Under the pieces are notes generated by a model. The model was not told the origin of the DNA and ran no database searches. It worked only from the letters and a program-made list of their open reading frames with translations. Below, one piece after another: positions 41,324 to 55,160 of a stretch of DNA of 64,000 nt. Both the position numbers and the translations under genes were made by a program. How positions within the stretch are numbered: the first letter of the stretch is position 1; every line of letters starts with the position of its first letter. This DNA is from Eledone cirrhosa (taxonomy: Eukaryota). The DNA lies in the NCBI GenBank assembly GCA_964016885.1, contig OZ024745.1:116250001-116314000 (forward strand). Direction: 5' to 3'.

Positions 41324-41756
41324 AGATAGATAGATAGATATAGATATATGTATATATATATATAATGTGCTTATAAACAAAAATTAAAAGTTCAAGGCAT
41401 TTAATCACTGACATTGTTTCAAGCCATAGTAATATACAACAGACAGAAAATTATTTCATTTAATAATTTGCTCTTAGTTAGCACAGTCCATAGATTCCAG
41501 CAGAGTTTAATTAAAATCTAAAACAATTAATTCAATATCAATACAATTTGCTCAAGAAAAAACAAATATCGCTTATCAAATAAATTACAGTTCAAAAAAT
41601 CATAGTTTAAAAATATTGTGTCGTTTCCATTAGAATTTAGTTTATATCCCCAACTAACTATATCTCTATATATATACATTTTTTTTTTACTAAGAAACAT
41701 TATTGATATATATTTTATATGTATTGATTAAACCAGGAAATAACTGTTAAAAATAA

Positions 41757-41803
<47 letters not shown>

Positions 41804-41807
<4 letters not shown>

Positions 41808-42110
41808 GGAGGTGAGTTTTATTGTAGTACAATAAAGCAATGCAGATATCGGATAAGAAGCACTCTACAATTTGTAGGACTGGAGTATGCATAATATAAG
41901 ATCAAAAGATGGTTAAAGGAGTTCCATGTATTTTATTATGCGCATTCCAAAAACAAACATCATCATGCAATAATATTTGTGTTTTCATCAGATAAAACAG
42001 GAGAACATGATATGAAGGCTATGAAAACACAAATATTATTGCATGATGATGTTTGTTTTTGAAATGCGCATAATAAAATACATGGAACTCCTTTAACCAT
42101 CTTTTGATCT

Positions 42111-42118
<8 letters not shown>
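41804..42118. mobile_element. Family A PLE terminal mini-element (two outward-facing arms) in (TA)n
   Basis: Left arm is tail+hammerhead on - strand, right arm is a hammerhead-stem-II-to-CTTATATTA copy on + strand. Homologous to 11914-12040 and 15547-15596. Confidence 0.85.
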
Positions 42119-42645
<527 letters not shown>

Positions 42646-42690
42646 TGGTGAACCTCAAACCTGAATAAATATATATATATATATGTGTGG

Positions 42691-42732
<42 letters not shown>

Positions 42733-43239
42733 ATATATGTTATGCGTATGCATTCGAATGTGCGAATGCGTGTGTGTGGGTGTGTGTGTGTGTGTTTCTC
42801 TATGTTTCTCTGTGTGTGTGTGTCTGTTACTTTACTTTTAAATACAACCACACACACACCTAACAACATACTAAGCGTGTGTATGAAATTCCATCTTACT
42901 TTACGTGGGTGTAGTATCCGTGTAATCCTACTTAACTCGTTCCCACCTACGAATGGAAAGTTTTGCGCCAAACGAAATATTACACAGTCGCAGTAGGTTA
43001 AACATTATAGAAAATATGTCATCCCACGTACAACTTCTTTTAATCTTTCGTTATTATTAAATCCCGCCGAAGTTGACTTTGCTTTTCATCCTTACGGGGT
43101 CGATAAAATAAAGTACCAGTAATGCACTGGGTATTTGCTGGCCTTGTGCCTAAAGTAGAAACAGTTATTATTAGTAACCTTTAAATTGATATATTCCTGA
43201 TCTTGTTCTTTTGGAGCGAAATGGTGTTGATTGATTCTG

Positions 43240-44255
43240 GTAGGAAGGTTGTTGGAGGTGGTGATGGTGGTAGTGGTGAAGGTGGTGGTGGTGATGGTGT
43301 TGGTGATAGTGGTGGTGGTGGTGGTGGTGGTGGTAGGGATGGTGGTGGTGGTGATGGTGGTAGTGATGGTGGTGGTAGTGATAGTGGTGGTGTTGGTGGT
43401 GGTGGTGGTGGTGATGGTGGTAGTGATAGTGTTGGTGTTGGTGGTAGTGATAGTGGTGGTGTTGGTGGTCGTCGTGATGGTGGTGCTGATCATGGTGGTG
43501 GTGGTGGTGATGGTGGCGGTGCTGGTGGTGGTGGTGATGGTGGTGGTGGTGATGATGATGGTGGTGGTGGTGGTGGTGGTGTTCGTGGTGGTGGTGATGG
43601 TTGTGGTGATCGTGGTGGTGGTGATGTTGATGTATGGGGATGATGGTGATTGTGGTGGTGGTGATGGCGGTGGTGGTGGTGGTGGTAGTGGTGATGGCCG
43701 TGGTAGTGATCGTGGTGGTGGTGATCGTGGTGGTTGTCAAGGTGGTTGTGGTGATAGTGGTGGTGGTGGTGGTGGTGGTGATCGTGGTGGTGTGATCGTG
43801 GTGGTGGTGAGTGTCGTGGTGGTGAATGTGGTGGTGGTGATTGTGGTGGTGGTGATCGTGGTGGTGGTTATGGTGGTGGTGGCGGTGGTTATGGTGGTGG
43901 TGGTGATGGTGGTGGTGGTGGTTGTGATCGTGGTGGTGGTGATCGTGGTGGTGTTGATGGTGGTGGTGATCGTGGTGAGCCTGGCCTGGTGGTCGTCGTG
44001 GTAGTGGTGATGGTGATTGTGGTGATCGTGGTGGTGGTGGTGGTGATGTTGGTGATAGTGGTGGTGGTGATAGTGGTGGAGGTAATGGTGGTGGTGGTGA
44101 TGGTGGTGGAGGTAATGGTGGTGGTGGTGATCGTGGAGGAGGTGATGTTGGTGGTGGTGATGGTGGTGGTGTTGGTGGTGGTGATGGTGGTGGTGGCGAT
44201 CGTGGTGGTATTGATGGTGGTGGTGGTGGTGATGGTGGAGGTGGTGATAGGCGAG
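43240..44255. repeat. (GGT/GAT)n low-complexity tract
   Basis: Degenerate trinucleotide repeat, flanked by two convergent SINE pieces. Confidence 0.9.
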
Positions 44256-45403
44256 GGTGGACCTCTAATGTTCGCGCTTAGTGTGGATTCGGTCATAATG
44301 GTTGTAAGGAAGAGAAATGGTGACCTTGTTTGTAGTAGGAATAATAATTTGTTTCTACTTTTGGCACAAGGCCAGCAAATACCTAGTGTATTACTGGTAC
44401 TTTATTTTATCGACCCCGTAAGGATGAAAGGCAAAGTTAAACTCGGTGTGATTTGAACTCAGAACGTAAATGCCCATAACTCTATGCTGCAAAGCATGGC
44501 GTTTGTCGTACTACTGATACTGTCAATGTGAGAGATGATGATGATTCTAGTTGTGATAGTGGTACAGGTAATAGTTGAGATAGAGATAGTTGTTTTAGGA
44601 GAAATAGATGCTCTTGTAGTGTACTTTTTCTAGTAGTAATTGTTGTTCTACTATAAGAAGTTAAGGTCGTTACTGTGTAGTCATATGACAGTCTTGGTCA
44701 AGTAGAACTCCAAAATATATCAGGGGCGGTGGAAGAATTTCTGATCAATTTAGTTGTAGTGATTAGTTTAGTTATTGTTATCAAATATCAACAAAATATA
44801 AAAATCTTCGATATGCAATAAATATAATATGCACATAAATTGTAGCGTATTGTAAATAGATGTGTGTTTTGGTAGTTTAAGGACAAAAATATAATTATAG
44901 AGGAGAGCCTTGGGCCCCGGACCACCACCACAACCCCCGTTTACACCGACCCTGTATATCGTTCCATACATAAATATAATATTCCACATTGTGTATCAAG
45001 GGATATATTATTCAATGTGATGTTCATTCTTTAATACGGTAGAGTTTGACGAGATAGAGATTTTACTGCTATCTCTAGCAATATGGGAAACCATATATAG
45101 ACACGCACGTGAGCACATATTAGTAGTAGTAGCTGTGATCTTAGCCGAATATCGTGGGTTTTGTACTGGCATATATATAGATTGACGGTGATATCTACAT
45201 TTCTGGCATCTTAATCTGGTGATGTATATATAGTAGAGTTGACAGTGGGGGTGATATGCCTGTACGCTGGTGTATAAATAAGTGTGTGGGTTGGGGTTGA
45301 TATATCTAGGTGGTCATGGTAGTGTTGGTACAAGTGTATTTGTATGAACATTACTGGTGTTTCATATATACTCGTATATGTACATATTGATGATGATGCT
45401 GGT

Positions 45404-45462
<59 letters not shown>

Positions 45463-45463
45463 C

Positions 45464-45648
45464 AACGAGTAGGATCCCGACGGCTGAGCTCAAGCCGTTT
45501 CGACGGCTATTAGTCCAGAATTAGCCGTCGAAACGGCTTGAGCTCAGCCGTCGGGGTCCTACTCGTTCCTATTACCCACTCTACTACCCTAAGTATTGAG
45601 TATTTTGGTGCCTTATGGTCCACTTGGTTCCTTACCACATTTCCTTCG
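45464..45648. mobile_element. Family C mini-element (hammerhead stems II and III, core replaced by inversion)
   Basis: GACGGCTA..TAGCCGTC-GAAA-CGGCT TGAGCTC AGCCG-TC. Copies at 47135-47322, 50602-50782, 33482-33529 and tail-only 50805-50884. Confidence 0.75.
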
Positions 45649-45649
45649 T

Positions 45650-45696
<47 letters not shown>

Positions 45697-45700
<4 letters not shown>

Positions 45701-45820
45701 ATAATAATAAATTTGAAAATCCAAAGAGGGCTCGATAAGGATAAATATATATCAAATATATAAGATCCCGTTAAGGGTGAAAGCAACGATTCTTTGCTTA
45801 AACTTTAATCTGTTATTTTA

Positions 45821-45825
<5 letters not shown>
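45697..45825. mobile_element. Family B mini-element (inverted tail joined to hammerhead at AAGA)
   Basis: Left part matches 40921-40995, right part matches 41259-41323. (TA)n flanks. Confidence 0.75.
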
Positions 45826-45896
<71 letters not shown>

Positions 45897-45990
45897 CTCT
45901 GGGAATGTATCTTACATTGCCCATTGAGTGAGCTGAGATACAACCGGTACTGGCATTGATAAATATGGTGGGTCCGTCAACCCTTATTAT

Positions 45991-46036
<46 letters not shown>

Positions 46037-46196
46037 ATGATGCTGGTAGTATATATATATATATATATATATATATACTACCAGCATCATCAATATATAT
46101 ATATATACTCGAGTCCGGAAACTATTATAGGCACCCGTTTTATGTGTATAGCTATGTGTATATATATATATATGTATATAGTGATGATGGTGGTGG

Positions 46197-46309
<113 letters not shown>

Positions 46310-46339
46310 GAAAAGTATAGAAATATATATATATATATA

Positions 46340-46421
46340 TATTTGGTCATCAAGTATGAAATTTGTAGAAAATCGTATTTTTCTACCAATTTCTATAAAT
46401 TTCATGTTTGACGACCCAATA
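46340..46421. mobile_element. ~82-bp palindromic MITE copy
   Basis: Same TIR family, inside (TA)n. Confidence 0.7.
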
Positions 46422-46430
46422 TATATATAT

Positions 46431-46510
<80 letters not shown>

Positions 46511-46895
46511 ATGATGATGATGGTGGTATATATATATATATATATCATCATCATTTTACGTCCGCTTTTCCCTTCTGTTGTTTCCGGTATTCAAGGGGGT
46601 TACGTTTCTAGAGCACCCGCAAATAGTGAACAACCGCGAATATTGAACGTGGTCCCTAAAAATGCCTATAAAGTTCAAAATATAACGTAAAATATAATAT
46701 AAAAACAAGGTGCGTCTTATGCAAAGGGGCGTCCTTTAAGCCGGCAAATAAGGTATATTGTTTTTAATGATTTAGCGTTTATATTGCCATGAAAAAGGCA
46801 CAAAAATGTGGTAGTTTCCACTTATGTTCTTAGGGAAATTCCGCGAATTACAGGAACCGCGAATGTTGGGACGGCGAATGCCGGGAGCACCCAAT

Positions 46896-47005
<110 letters not shown>

Positions 47006-47077
47006 GAACGGAATAAATGAAACGAAATTTCACTTCTGGTGAATCCATACGTACATATATATATGTGTGCATGTATG

Positions 47078-47134
<57 letters not shown>

Positions 47135-47136
<2 letters not shown>

Positions 47137-47322
47137 ACGAGTAGGACCCCGACGGCTGAGCTCAAGCCGTTTCGACGGCTAATTCTGGACTGAATTAGCC
47201 GTCGAAACGGCTTGAACTCAGCCGTTGGGGTCCTACTCGTTCCTATTACCCACTCTACTACCCTAAGTATTGAGTACTTTGGTGCGTTATTGTCCATCTG
47301 GCTCCTTACCACATTTCCTTCG
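47135..47322. mobile_element. Family C mini-element
   Basis: Palindrome centred on GACGGCTAATTC-TGGACT-GAATTAGCCGTC (47174-47203), plus tail and (TA)n flanks. Confidence 0.75.
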
Positions 47323-47484
47323 CCATATATATATATATATATATATGTTGATGATGGTAGTGATTCAAATGTGTGAGTGTATATATTAGTCAGGTGATGA
47401 AGTATTGGGTTGGAGAGAAAGTGTACTGGGGGTATAGATTGGTGGGATGGGTGTGACGTGTACAGGTATATAGATTGATGGATC

Positions 47485-47920
47485 ATCGTCGTCGTCTTGG
47501 TGGTGGTGGTGGTGGTGGTGGTGGTGGTGTTGGTGGGTGGTAACGGTGGCGGTGGAGGTCTTTTTATTGGTGTTGGTGGTGGTGATGTTTGTTGTGAATT
47601 GCTAATATTACTGACGCTGATGAATGTAGTGGTGGTGGGGGCAGGAAGTGGCGCTGGTGGTGGTGGTGATGGTGGTGGTGGAGGAATGAGGGAGTGCTGG
47701 TGGTGGTGTTGAGAGTGGAGGGTGGAACTCGTGCTGGTGGTGATGATGGTGGTGGTGGGTGGAGGGGGTGCTGGTGGTGGTGATGAAGGTGGTGGAGGGT
47801 GGAAGTCGCGCTGGTGGTGGTGGTGATGATGGTGAAGGAGGGTAAAAGTGGTTCTGGTGGTGGTGGATGTGGTGTAGGGTGGAAGTCGCGCTCGTGGTGA
47901 TGGTGGTGGTGGTGGTAATG
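47485..47920. repeat. (GGT)n low-complexity tract
   Basis: Degenerate GGT repeat with GGAGGGTGGAAGTCGCGCT sub-repeats. Confidence 0.85.
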
Positions 47921-49853
47921 TTGATTGAAGTGTACTGTAGTATATATTATTGGTGTGAGTATATCGATGTTGTCGTTATGTAAGGCAGGTTGCCGGTAAA
48001 TATAAGGTTGTTAGTTAAAACGTGGTACATAAATGACAGATCTAACCCCTCTTCCGTCAGACGGGAAGATCTCCCACTCACTTCATTGTGGGTGACAAAT
48101 TAGTATAGCTTTCATAATGTAAAATATCCCCATTTTGCTTAATTTCTATACATGTTGGGGCCCTTTTTTTTCATGGTAAACCCCGTTTGGAGTTGTTTAG
48201 AGAGTGAAGGTATATGTAAAAGTGTGTGTTTGTAAAGAGTTGTTGTTGATGTTTAACAGCAGAACTGTCATAATTTAGCAGAACTATAATGAAGACCATT
48301 CTCGTAGTCATGTCTACCTTATCTAATGTGTATATTCCTTACTAAATATAAAGTATGGCATTTGGTGTGTATGTAGTTGCAATTGCAATTTCAAATAGAT
48401 GAAGTCAGGTGTGAGCCTTGCGAGCTGGAATGACTTTTCCAGCACGTCTACCTCACCATCCTTCAGGAAAACGCCTTCTCTATTCTGTCTATCGGGGTCA
48501 CGGGGTGGCCAGTACATGGGATCCAATTTGCTCATAATAGTGAGAGATAGGGAGAGCGGGAGGGATGGAGGCAGAAATCTTCATTTTGACCTTTTGTTAT
48601 AATTTGGTTCGTTTGTGTTTGGACCTGGTGTATATGTATATGTTTCAGGGACACGCACTTACACATCTAGAATGAGAGGGTTACAAGGGCAAATTTAACC
48701 AGCTCAGTAACTACTTCTAACATTGGTAGAGTTGGACAGTGCGGTGAATGATATGAGAGAATCAATTTGTAGAGATTGCCTTATTTCTTCCTTCAGTTTC
48801 CTTGCCAAGCCTTTGCAATCGTGGATATGTCTATGCTGGTTATGGACTGTATATTTGAACTAGTGTTGTTGCGTTAGTATATGTTTGTACAGCTTAGTCA
48901 GGGTGGAGAGAAGGGATGTGCCACTCACAGTTTCCATGGTCTCTGAGAACGATGCGAGAGGAATGGAGGTCAAAATGAAGATTTCTGCAAATCGGAGTTG
49001 TAGCCTGAATGCATTCATGGCAGTTGGCTCTGAACAATGCACCCAAGGAACTTGTGTGATTGCTATATCGGGCGATGGATTATATTTACCAACAATGTAG
49101 ATTTTAATTCAAGGAGCAGGAACAAATGACACGATGTCTCTCCTCCGACGTTCAAACATCTCTGACAGTAGATTACTCTGGTTATGTACTTCATATAACC
49201 CGAAAGAATGTAAGTTGATCCTGGTGAGATTTACAACAAACAGCATAACTCATTTTGTCCTACGGTCTAATCAATATGACAATTTGCTGTTGATTGAAAC
49301 CATAGTGGTGTCCTCCACATCATCTTCAGGTGTCAGATCTGGCTCTCCAGTTCTTCCTGTTGTCAGTGTTGTGGTGGAGGAGGTCGCTATTTCTCGTCCT
49401 ATCTTTATTGACATTATTCAGGCTGTCTGTAAATGTTGTTCTTTGTTATCCATTTCAGCGATCTTGCCAACGATCTTGCCACAAAGTACCATAGTGGTGT
49501 ATGTTACAGTTACTCAGTGTGCGGTAAATGTTGTTGTTTCGATAGTTCCGGTGTAATTTTCTAAAAGATGAACTCTTTTAACGACGGTGTGTGCTAAGTA
49601 TAATGGTGGGGATGATAATGATGATAATGATGAAAAAATGGTGGGATGGAGGGGAATGATAATTTAGAATCAACACATATTGCTGATCTTACATAGATTA
49701 CAAACATATTTAGATAAGTAAATAATCTATCAACACTATTTTCTCTATTTTCTGCCAGCTATCAAACTTTTCCCTATTTTTTCTCAATATATAGTTGTGA
49801 GAGTGCGAGTGTATACACACACACAGACACACAGACGCACATACACAAACGCT

Positions 49854-49884
<31 letters not shown>

Positions 49885-50094
49885 ACACATACACACACGC
49901 ACACACACATAAATATATATAAGGAAAAGAATGACGGTGTTGCGAAACGCGCGTAACAGGTCGATACGTAATAAATATATTTTATATGTAAACGAAAGTT
50001 CCTCGTTTTTCTATTATTTAGACTCTGCCTATGCTTGATTTGGTACCAGCACCAGTATTTCACCGTAGTACCTACACTATATATATATATATAT

Positions 50095-50157
<63 letters not shown>

Positions 50158-50166
<9 letters not shown>

Positions 50167-50583
50167 TAAACAAATAATGAACAAACAATTCCTTATATTA
50201 AACAAAAAAAGTTCACTATTTAACGATCGTTTCTAGGGTATATATTATTTCTGAAGACGGCGTATATATGAGTTAGGTATGTATATTTAATCTTGATAAT
50301 TTGTATAATTTTGTATAATTTTGTACATAGATCTGTTAAATATGCATACCAATTATAACACATATATACCCTAGAAACGATCGTTAAATAGTGAACTTTT
50401 TTTGTTTAATATAAGGAATTGTTTGTTCATTATTTGTTTAATATTTTATCTTGACTCTGTATACCGTTTATCTTTCACCGAAAGTGGATTTTCATTACAT
50501 CTCTTCTTTCCATGATATCCGGAATACATTGAGTTCTTCATACGGATTGGACACTACCGTAAACTCTTGGTAGATTTATCTAC
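50158..50583 (+). mobile_element. Family E PLE-type mini-element with hammerhead at 50246-50390
   Basis: TATTT-CTGAAGA-..GTATATATG-[90 nt]-CATATATAC..-GAAA-CGATCG-TT-AAATA. Inverted arm 50158-50245 against 50362-50449. Confidence 0.75.
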
Positions 50584-50601
50584 ATATATATATATATATA
50601 T

Positions 50602-50782
50602 AAGGAGGTGTAGTAAGGAACCAGATGGAACATAACGCACCAGAATACTCAATACTTAGGGTAGTAGAGAAGGTAATAGGAAAATGTTTGACCCCCGACG
50701 GCAGAGCTCAAGCCATTTCGACGGCTATTTCTGGAATAGCCGTCGAAACGGCTTGAGCTCTGCCGTCGGGGCCAAACATATT
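50602..50782. mobile_element. Family C mini-element, diverged, tail on left
   Basis: Palindrome centred on GACGGCTATT-TCTGG-AATAGCCGTC (50720-50744). Confidence 0.7.
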
Positions 50783-50904
50783 CATATATATATAAATATA
50801 ACAAAGAAGGTGTACTAAGAAACTAGGTGGACCATAACGCACCAGAGTACTCGATACTTAGGGTAGTAAAGTGGGTAATAGGAAGAATCAGGTACCCTCT
50901 TTTT

Positions 50905-51045
50905 CTTTCTTATAGTGCTAACCCAAAGACTAAGCCTCGCGTTTTGCTTGACTTTGGGTATAACGTGGTCCAGAATCCTTTTACTTATATTCCCTATATC
51001 CAACTTCATCGTGTTTATAAGCCCGATAGATGGGGTCCTGTCTCT
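50905..51045 (-). pseudogene. Naiad-like PLE RT fragment
   Basis: PSIGLINTMKLDIGNISKRILDHVIPKVKQNARLSLWVST aligns by eye with PVRLIAPSKSDLGVVSKAILDRIIPQV..LNLWFGT of the 778-aa ORF. Confidence 0.7.
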
Positions 51046-51048
51046 TTT

Positions 51049-51124
<76 letters not shown>

Positions 51125-51204
51125 AGGCCGATCAGTCACTGTGTATTTTTGAAAATGGCATATACTTTCACTAGCTCTGACAGTTTGGCAGGTGAACAGA
51201 GAGC

Positions 51205-51246
51205 TGTACTGATGAAGGGTGATACCCAGAAATATTAGTATCTGCA
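51205..51246 (+). ncRNA. Compact type I hammerhead
   Basis: TGTA-CTGATGA-A-GGGT GAT ACCC-A-GAAA-TATTAGTA-TC-TGCA. Confidence 0.75.
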
Positions 51247-51413
51247 CTTCTGTTCGCATGCCAACACAAGAGCAAGAATGAAGTGTCAATTCTACTGACA
51301 TCGTTATAAAATAGAGGCTTGTTTGCATAATTGCAAACAAATCGAATGTTATTATTAATATTCGAAAAACTCAGATTACATTTATTGTATTCAGCCATGT
51401 AGAGTGAAACTTT

Positions 51414-51497
<84 letters not shown>

Positions 51498-51548
51498 AAA
51501 GTTTCGCTCTACATGGCTGAATACAATAAATGTAATCTGAGTTTTCGA

Positions 51549-51612
<64 letters not shown>

Positions 51613-51865
51613 TAAAATAACAGATTAAAGTTTAAGCAAAGAATCGTATGTATATATATATATATATATAGTATATATATATATATATACATACATACTA
51701 TAAATAGTGAAAACAATGAAATTAAACAAGATACGGGTAATTTATAGTAAAACTCATTATTTTACGATGGTTTCTGGGGGGTAGTTCTCCGTATGTTCAT
51801 TCTATTAGTGATCTATGTGTAATATATTACAAATTATCAAAGTAAGAAAATATACATACGTCTTC

Positions 51866-52830
51866 CCTAAAGTGGTCAATTTCCTCGACATCACTTTGGA
51901 TCTATCAACAGGCATTTACCAACCCTACCATATACCAAACCAAAGCCTGCATTATATACACTCACAATCTAGCCACCCTGGTTCCATACTAAAAAATCTA
52001 GTGTACAATATTCACTCAGAATATCTACATTATCATCTAATGAAGAAATATTCTATAAAAATGCACCTTATTATAATGAGGCTTTAACTAGAAGTGGCTA
52101 CAAGGATAAAATATTTTACATACATAACACCATAAATACCGCCAACATACAACCAAACATAAACAACAAACACCATAAGAAACACCTAAACGTTAATGCC
52201 AGCAATAAAGCACAGAAAAACCTAGATCCTACCATTACTCCTACTACCCGCATTTACACGAATGACACAAACTCTCTAAAAATCATCAATCCTAACGCTT
52301 CTGAATACTTCTATAATCTACCTAATATTATTACTACAAACCATACGAAAACACCTAACTCCATTAATCTTAAAAAAGCAGTTAATAATAACATCTTATA
52401 TCTTAATTCTCACAATAAACCTAATGATATATTACCTATTGCATTGAACCTTCGACCTAACCAAACCACATCTTTACAATCCAATAAACCAGGGAAACAT
52501 ATCCGAAGTACTATAAATAACAAGAATAATACCAAAATACCAGGTCCAATCAATAAGGCTCCATTAATAACACTCCCAATATCACCTATAAATCAAACAA
52601 AAAACAATAAATCAAAAGCTAATACAATTCAAAAATCTACTAAACAATTTGTTCAAACCCCTAATAACAATCACAATATTATAGTATCATCTGATTACAA
52701 TATATACCCTCAAACTTCTATACAAACCCAATATAACAATAGGAAACCAATTAGAAACCATAAAAGAAAGGTAACATGGTATAATGCTCCATTTAACTTG
52801 CAAAGTATGGGCCAAAACCCTAAAAAAATG
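51866..52830 (+). pseudogene. Naiad-like PLE RT thumb/linker fragment, one frameshift near 52010
   Basis: VNFLDITLDLSTGIYQPYH..SSHP..; RISTLSSNEEIFYKNAPYYNEALTRSGYKDKIFY; RKVTWYNAPF. All are colinear with the 778-aa ORF. Confidence 0.8.
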
Positions 52831-52863
52831 TTTGCAATTCCTTCCTGTTCCGTATAACCATGT

Positions 52864-52913
52864 CCATTACGAGCTGAGGATCCGCTAATGTGAAACAATT
52901 GTTCTCGGTATGG
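52864..52913 (+). ncRNA. Minimal type I hammerhead downstream of RT fragment
   Basis: CCAT TA CGAG-CTGAGGA-TCCGCTAATGT-GAAA-CAATTG-TT-CTCG GT ATGG. Stem II is very short. Confidence 0.7.
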
Positions 52914-53004
52914 TGAACTAACTGTTGTGTAACCACTTCGACCTAACTCGTCCCATGGACTGAGTGCTCTACCACTACGGATATTACCTTCAAGTGTTCC
53001 ACCA

Positions 53005-53052
<48 letters not shown>

Positions 53053-54804
53053 ATGTGTGTGTGTGTGTGTATGTGTGTATATATATATTTTCTATTAGAA
53101 TTAATCCATTGAGTCAATCCTATATCTCATCCCTATAACTGTTTTAAATTATGAACTATTAATGAGCACTATATATTACATTATATTCAACAGTTAACAA
53201 AACTTTAGCAATCATGCATTTAAACCTATTAAGAAAACCAGATTATTAATGAGATTTGTTATTCGAAAATAAAATTCCCTACAGGGAAAACTTCATTCTG
53301 ACCCCTCTAACACAATACAATACTTACACAAATTTTATTTTCTTACCTATATATTTTTCTATATAAATCTTACTTTTCTTTGGTTTCATCTATATTCCTC
53401 TACTTGTTCTATTTTAGAACAAATTATTCCCCTTGAACAAACAAATAACAAATATTTAGGATTGTTCTATACTATTCTACTAGATATAACACACTGATCT
53501 CTGCACCCCTTTTCCTCCAGCTTTAATCTTCTTTGACCGTCCAAACTTTTCTATACAATCTGTCTAAATTCCTTTACACTCGCAACTTTCTTTCTATTCT
53601 TAAAGGTCATTCGATGCCTCATCCTCTGACTGCTAATTTATTCATCTACTACTACCAGCTTTATTTTACCGACCCCGTAAGGTTGAAAGGCAAAGCTAAC
53701 CCCGGCGGGATTTGAACTTAGATCGTAAAGGGGCGTAACCCTATGCCATAAAACATTTTCCGACGCTCCAACGATATTGACAATCCACCGCTCTTAAAAA
53801 TGCTACAAATAATAAAAATGGAAATACATCAGTCTGCGGCAGTAAACAAAAGCAAAATAAATCTTGCTGACGCTCCATTAATAATAAATATGTTTTACAA
53901 ATTATAAATTATATTTGACTCAAGGATTAATGAATATAATTCTTTATATTTACATCATCGGAAATCACAGAATATTAACTAACGCATCTGTAACGTCAAT
54001 CATTGCATTATATATGATAAACAACATCGGTAATAGTGTCACTAACATTCTAACTTTGTTGTGTTTAGTATATAGGTTAAAGTGAAGGTTAAAAGAGAAG
54101 GTCAAATGTTAATGATAGAATAATTTATTCATTTTCAAAATAAACTATACAAAATAAATGATGAAAAGTATTCATTTAGGTAAAATATTAGAGAGTATAT
54201 ATAGGGATATTTATCAAAATATCTAGCAAACCTACCTAGTTCTTAAAATGTAAAATTAATTATATTTTTCTAAAAATATGAAAGTGTTACCCACATTAAA
54301 ATTTGCACATAATTGATTTATAGCTAACATTTTTTTAGATTGTGTATTAATATTTCAATATTTTTGCCATAGATAAAACATTAAGTCTTAAATATGTTGA
54401 TCACATGCATAAATAGTTTAAAACAATATTCTTGCAAACTCAAACGTATACATTCCATTTAATTTATATATAATTTAATTATGTTAATAAAAATATATGG
54501 AATGTTTCATACCTCATTAATATAAAGAAAAACAGTAAATTAATTAGCTTATTCAGAGATTATTTAAGGAATAACATATTTCATTACTGTTGTAAGTGAA
54601 AATGCATACTTACAAGTAACGATATGTTCTTCAGTATTTACTAACAAAAGATAAAGGATTAATATTTGAGAAGTGTTTCATTAGACAGAATTTTATTATC
54701 TAGAATCGAAATACGATAATTCACTAAATGTGTGAACAAAACTCTAATCCTCATAGTATCGTGAACATTGCTTAAAAATTACTGCAATGAAGAATAATTA
54801 ACTT

Positions 54805-55160
54805 AATAATTGTTCTACTTTTGGCATAAGGCCAGCAATTACCCCAGTACATTACTGGTACTTTATTTTATCGATCCCGTAATGATTGTTTCTACTTTTT
54901 GGCACAAGGCCAGCAATTATCCAGTGCATTACTGGTACTTTATTTTATCGACCCCGTAAGGATGAAAGGCAAAGTTAACTTCGGCGGGATTTGAACTCAG
55001 AATGGCAAAGACCGTAACTCTATGCGTCAAAGCATGGCGTCCGACCCTCTACCGATACTGCCAATCCATCGGCGGGTTTTGAACTCAGTCTGTAAATGGA
55101 CGTAACTCTATGCTGGAAAGCATGGCATCCGACCCTCTACCGATACTGGCAATCCACCAA
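54805..55160 (-). mobile_element. Nested or partially duplicated SINE cluster
   Basis: Tail piece, full copy, extra head piece: consistent with one SINE inserted into another. Confidence 0.75.

Noticed and set aside
43092-44456. Poly-His/Thr/Val/Gly ORFs
   Set aside because: All frames open because of the (GGT)n repeat. No non-repetitive coding context or splice evidence.
48300-49560. GC-richer stretch with several short ORFs
   Set aside because: No recognisable domain. May be a decayed retroelement ORF but this is unsupported.
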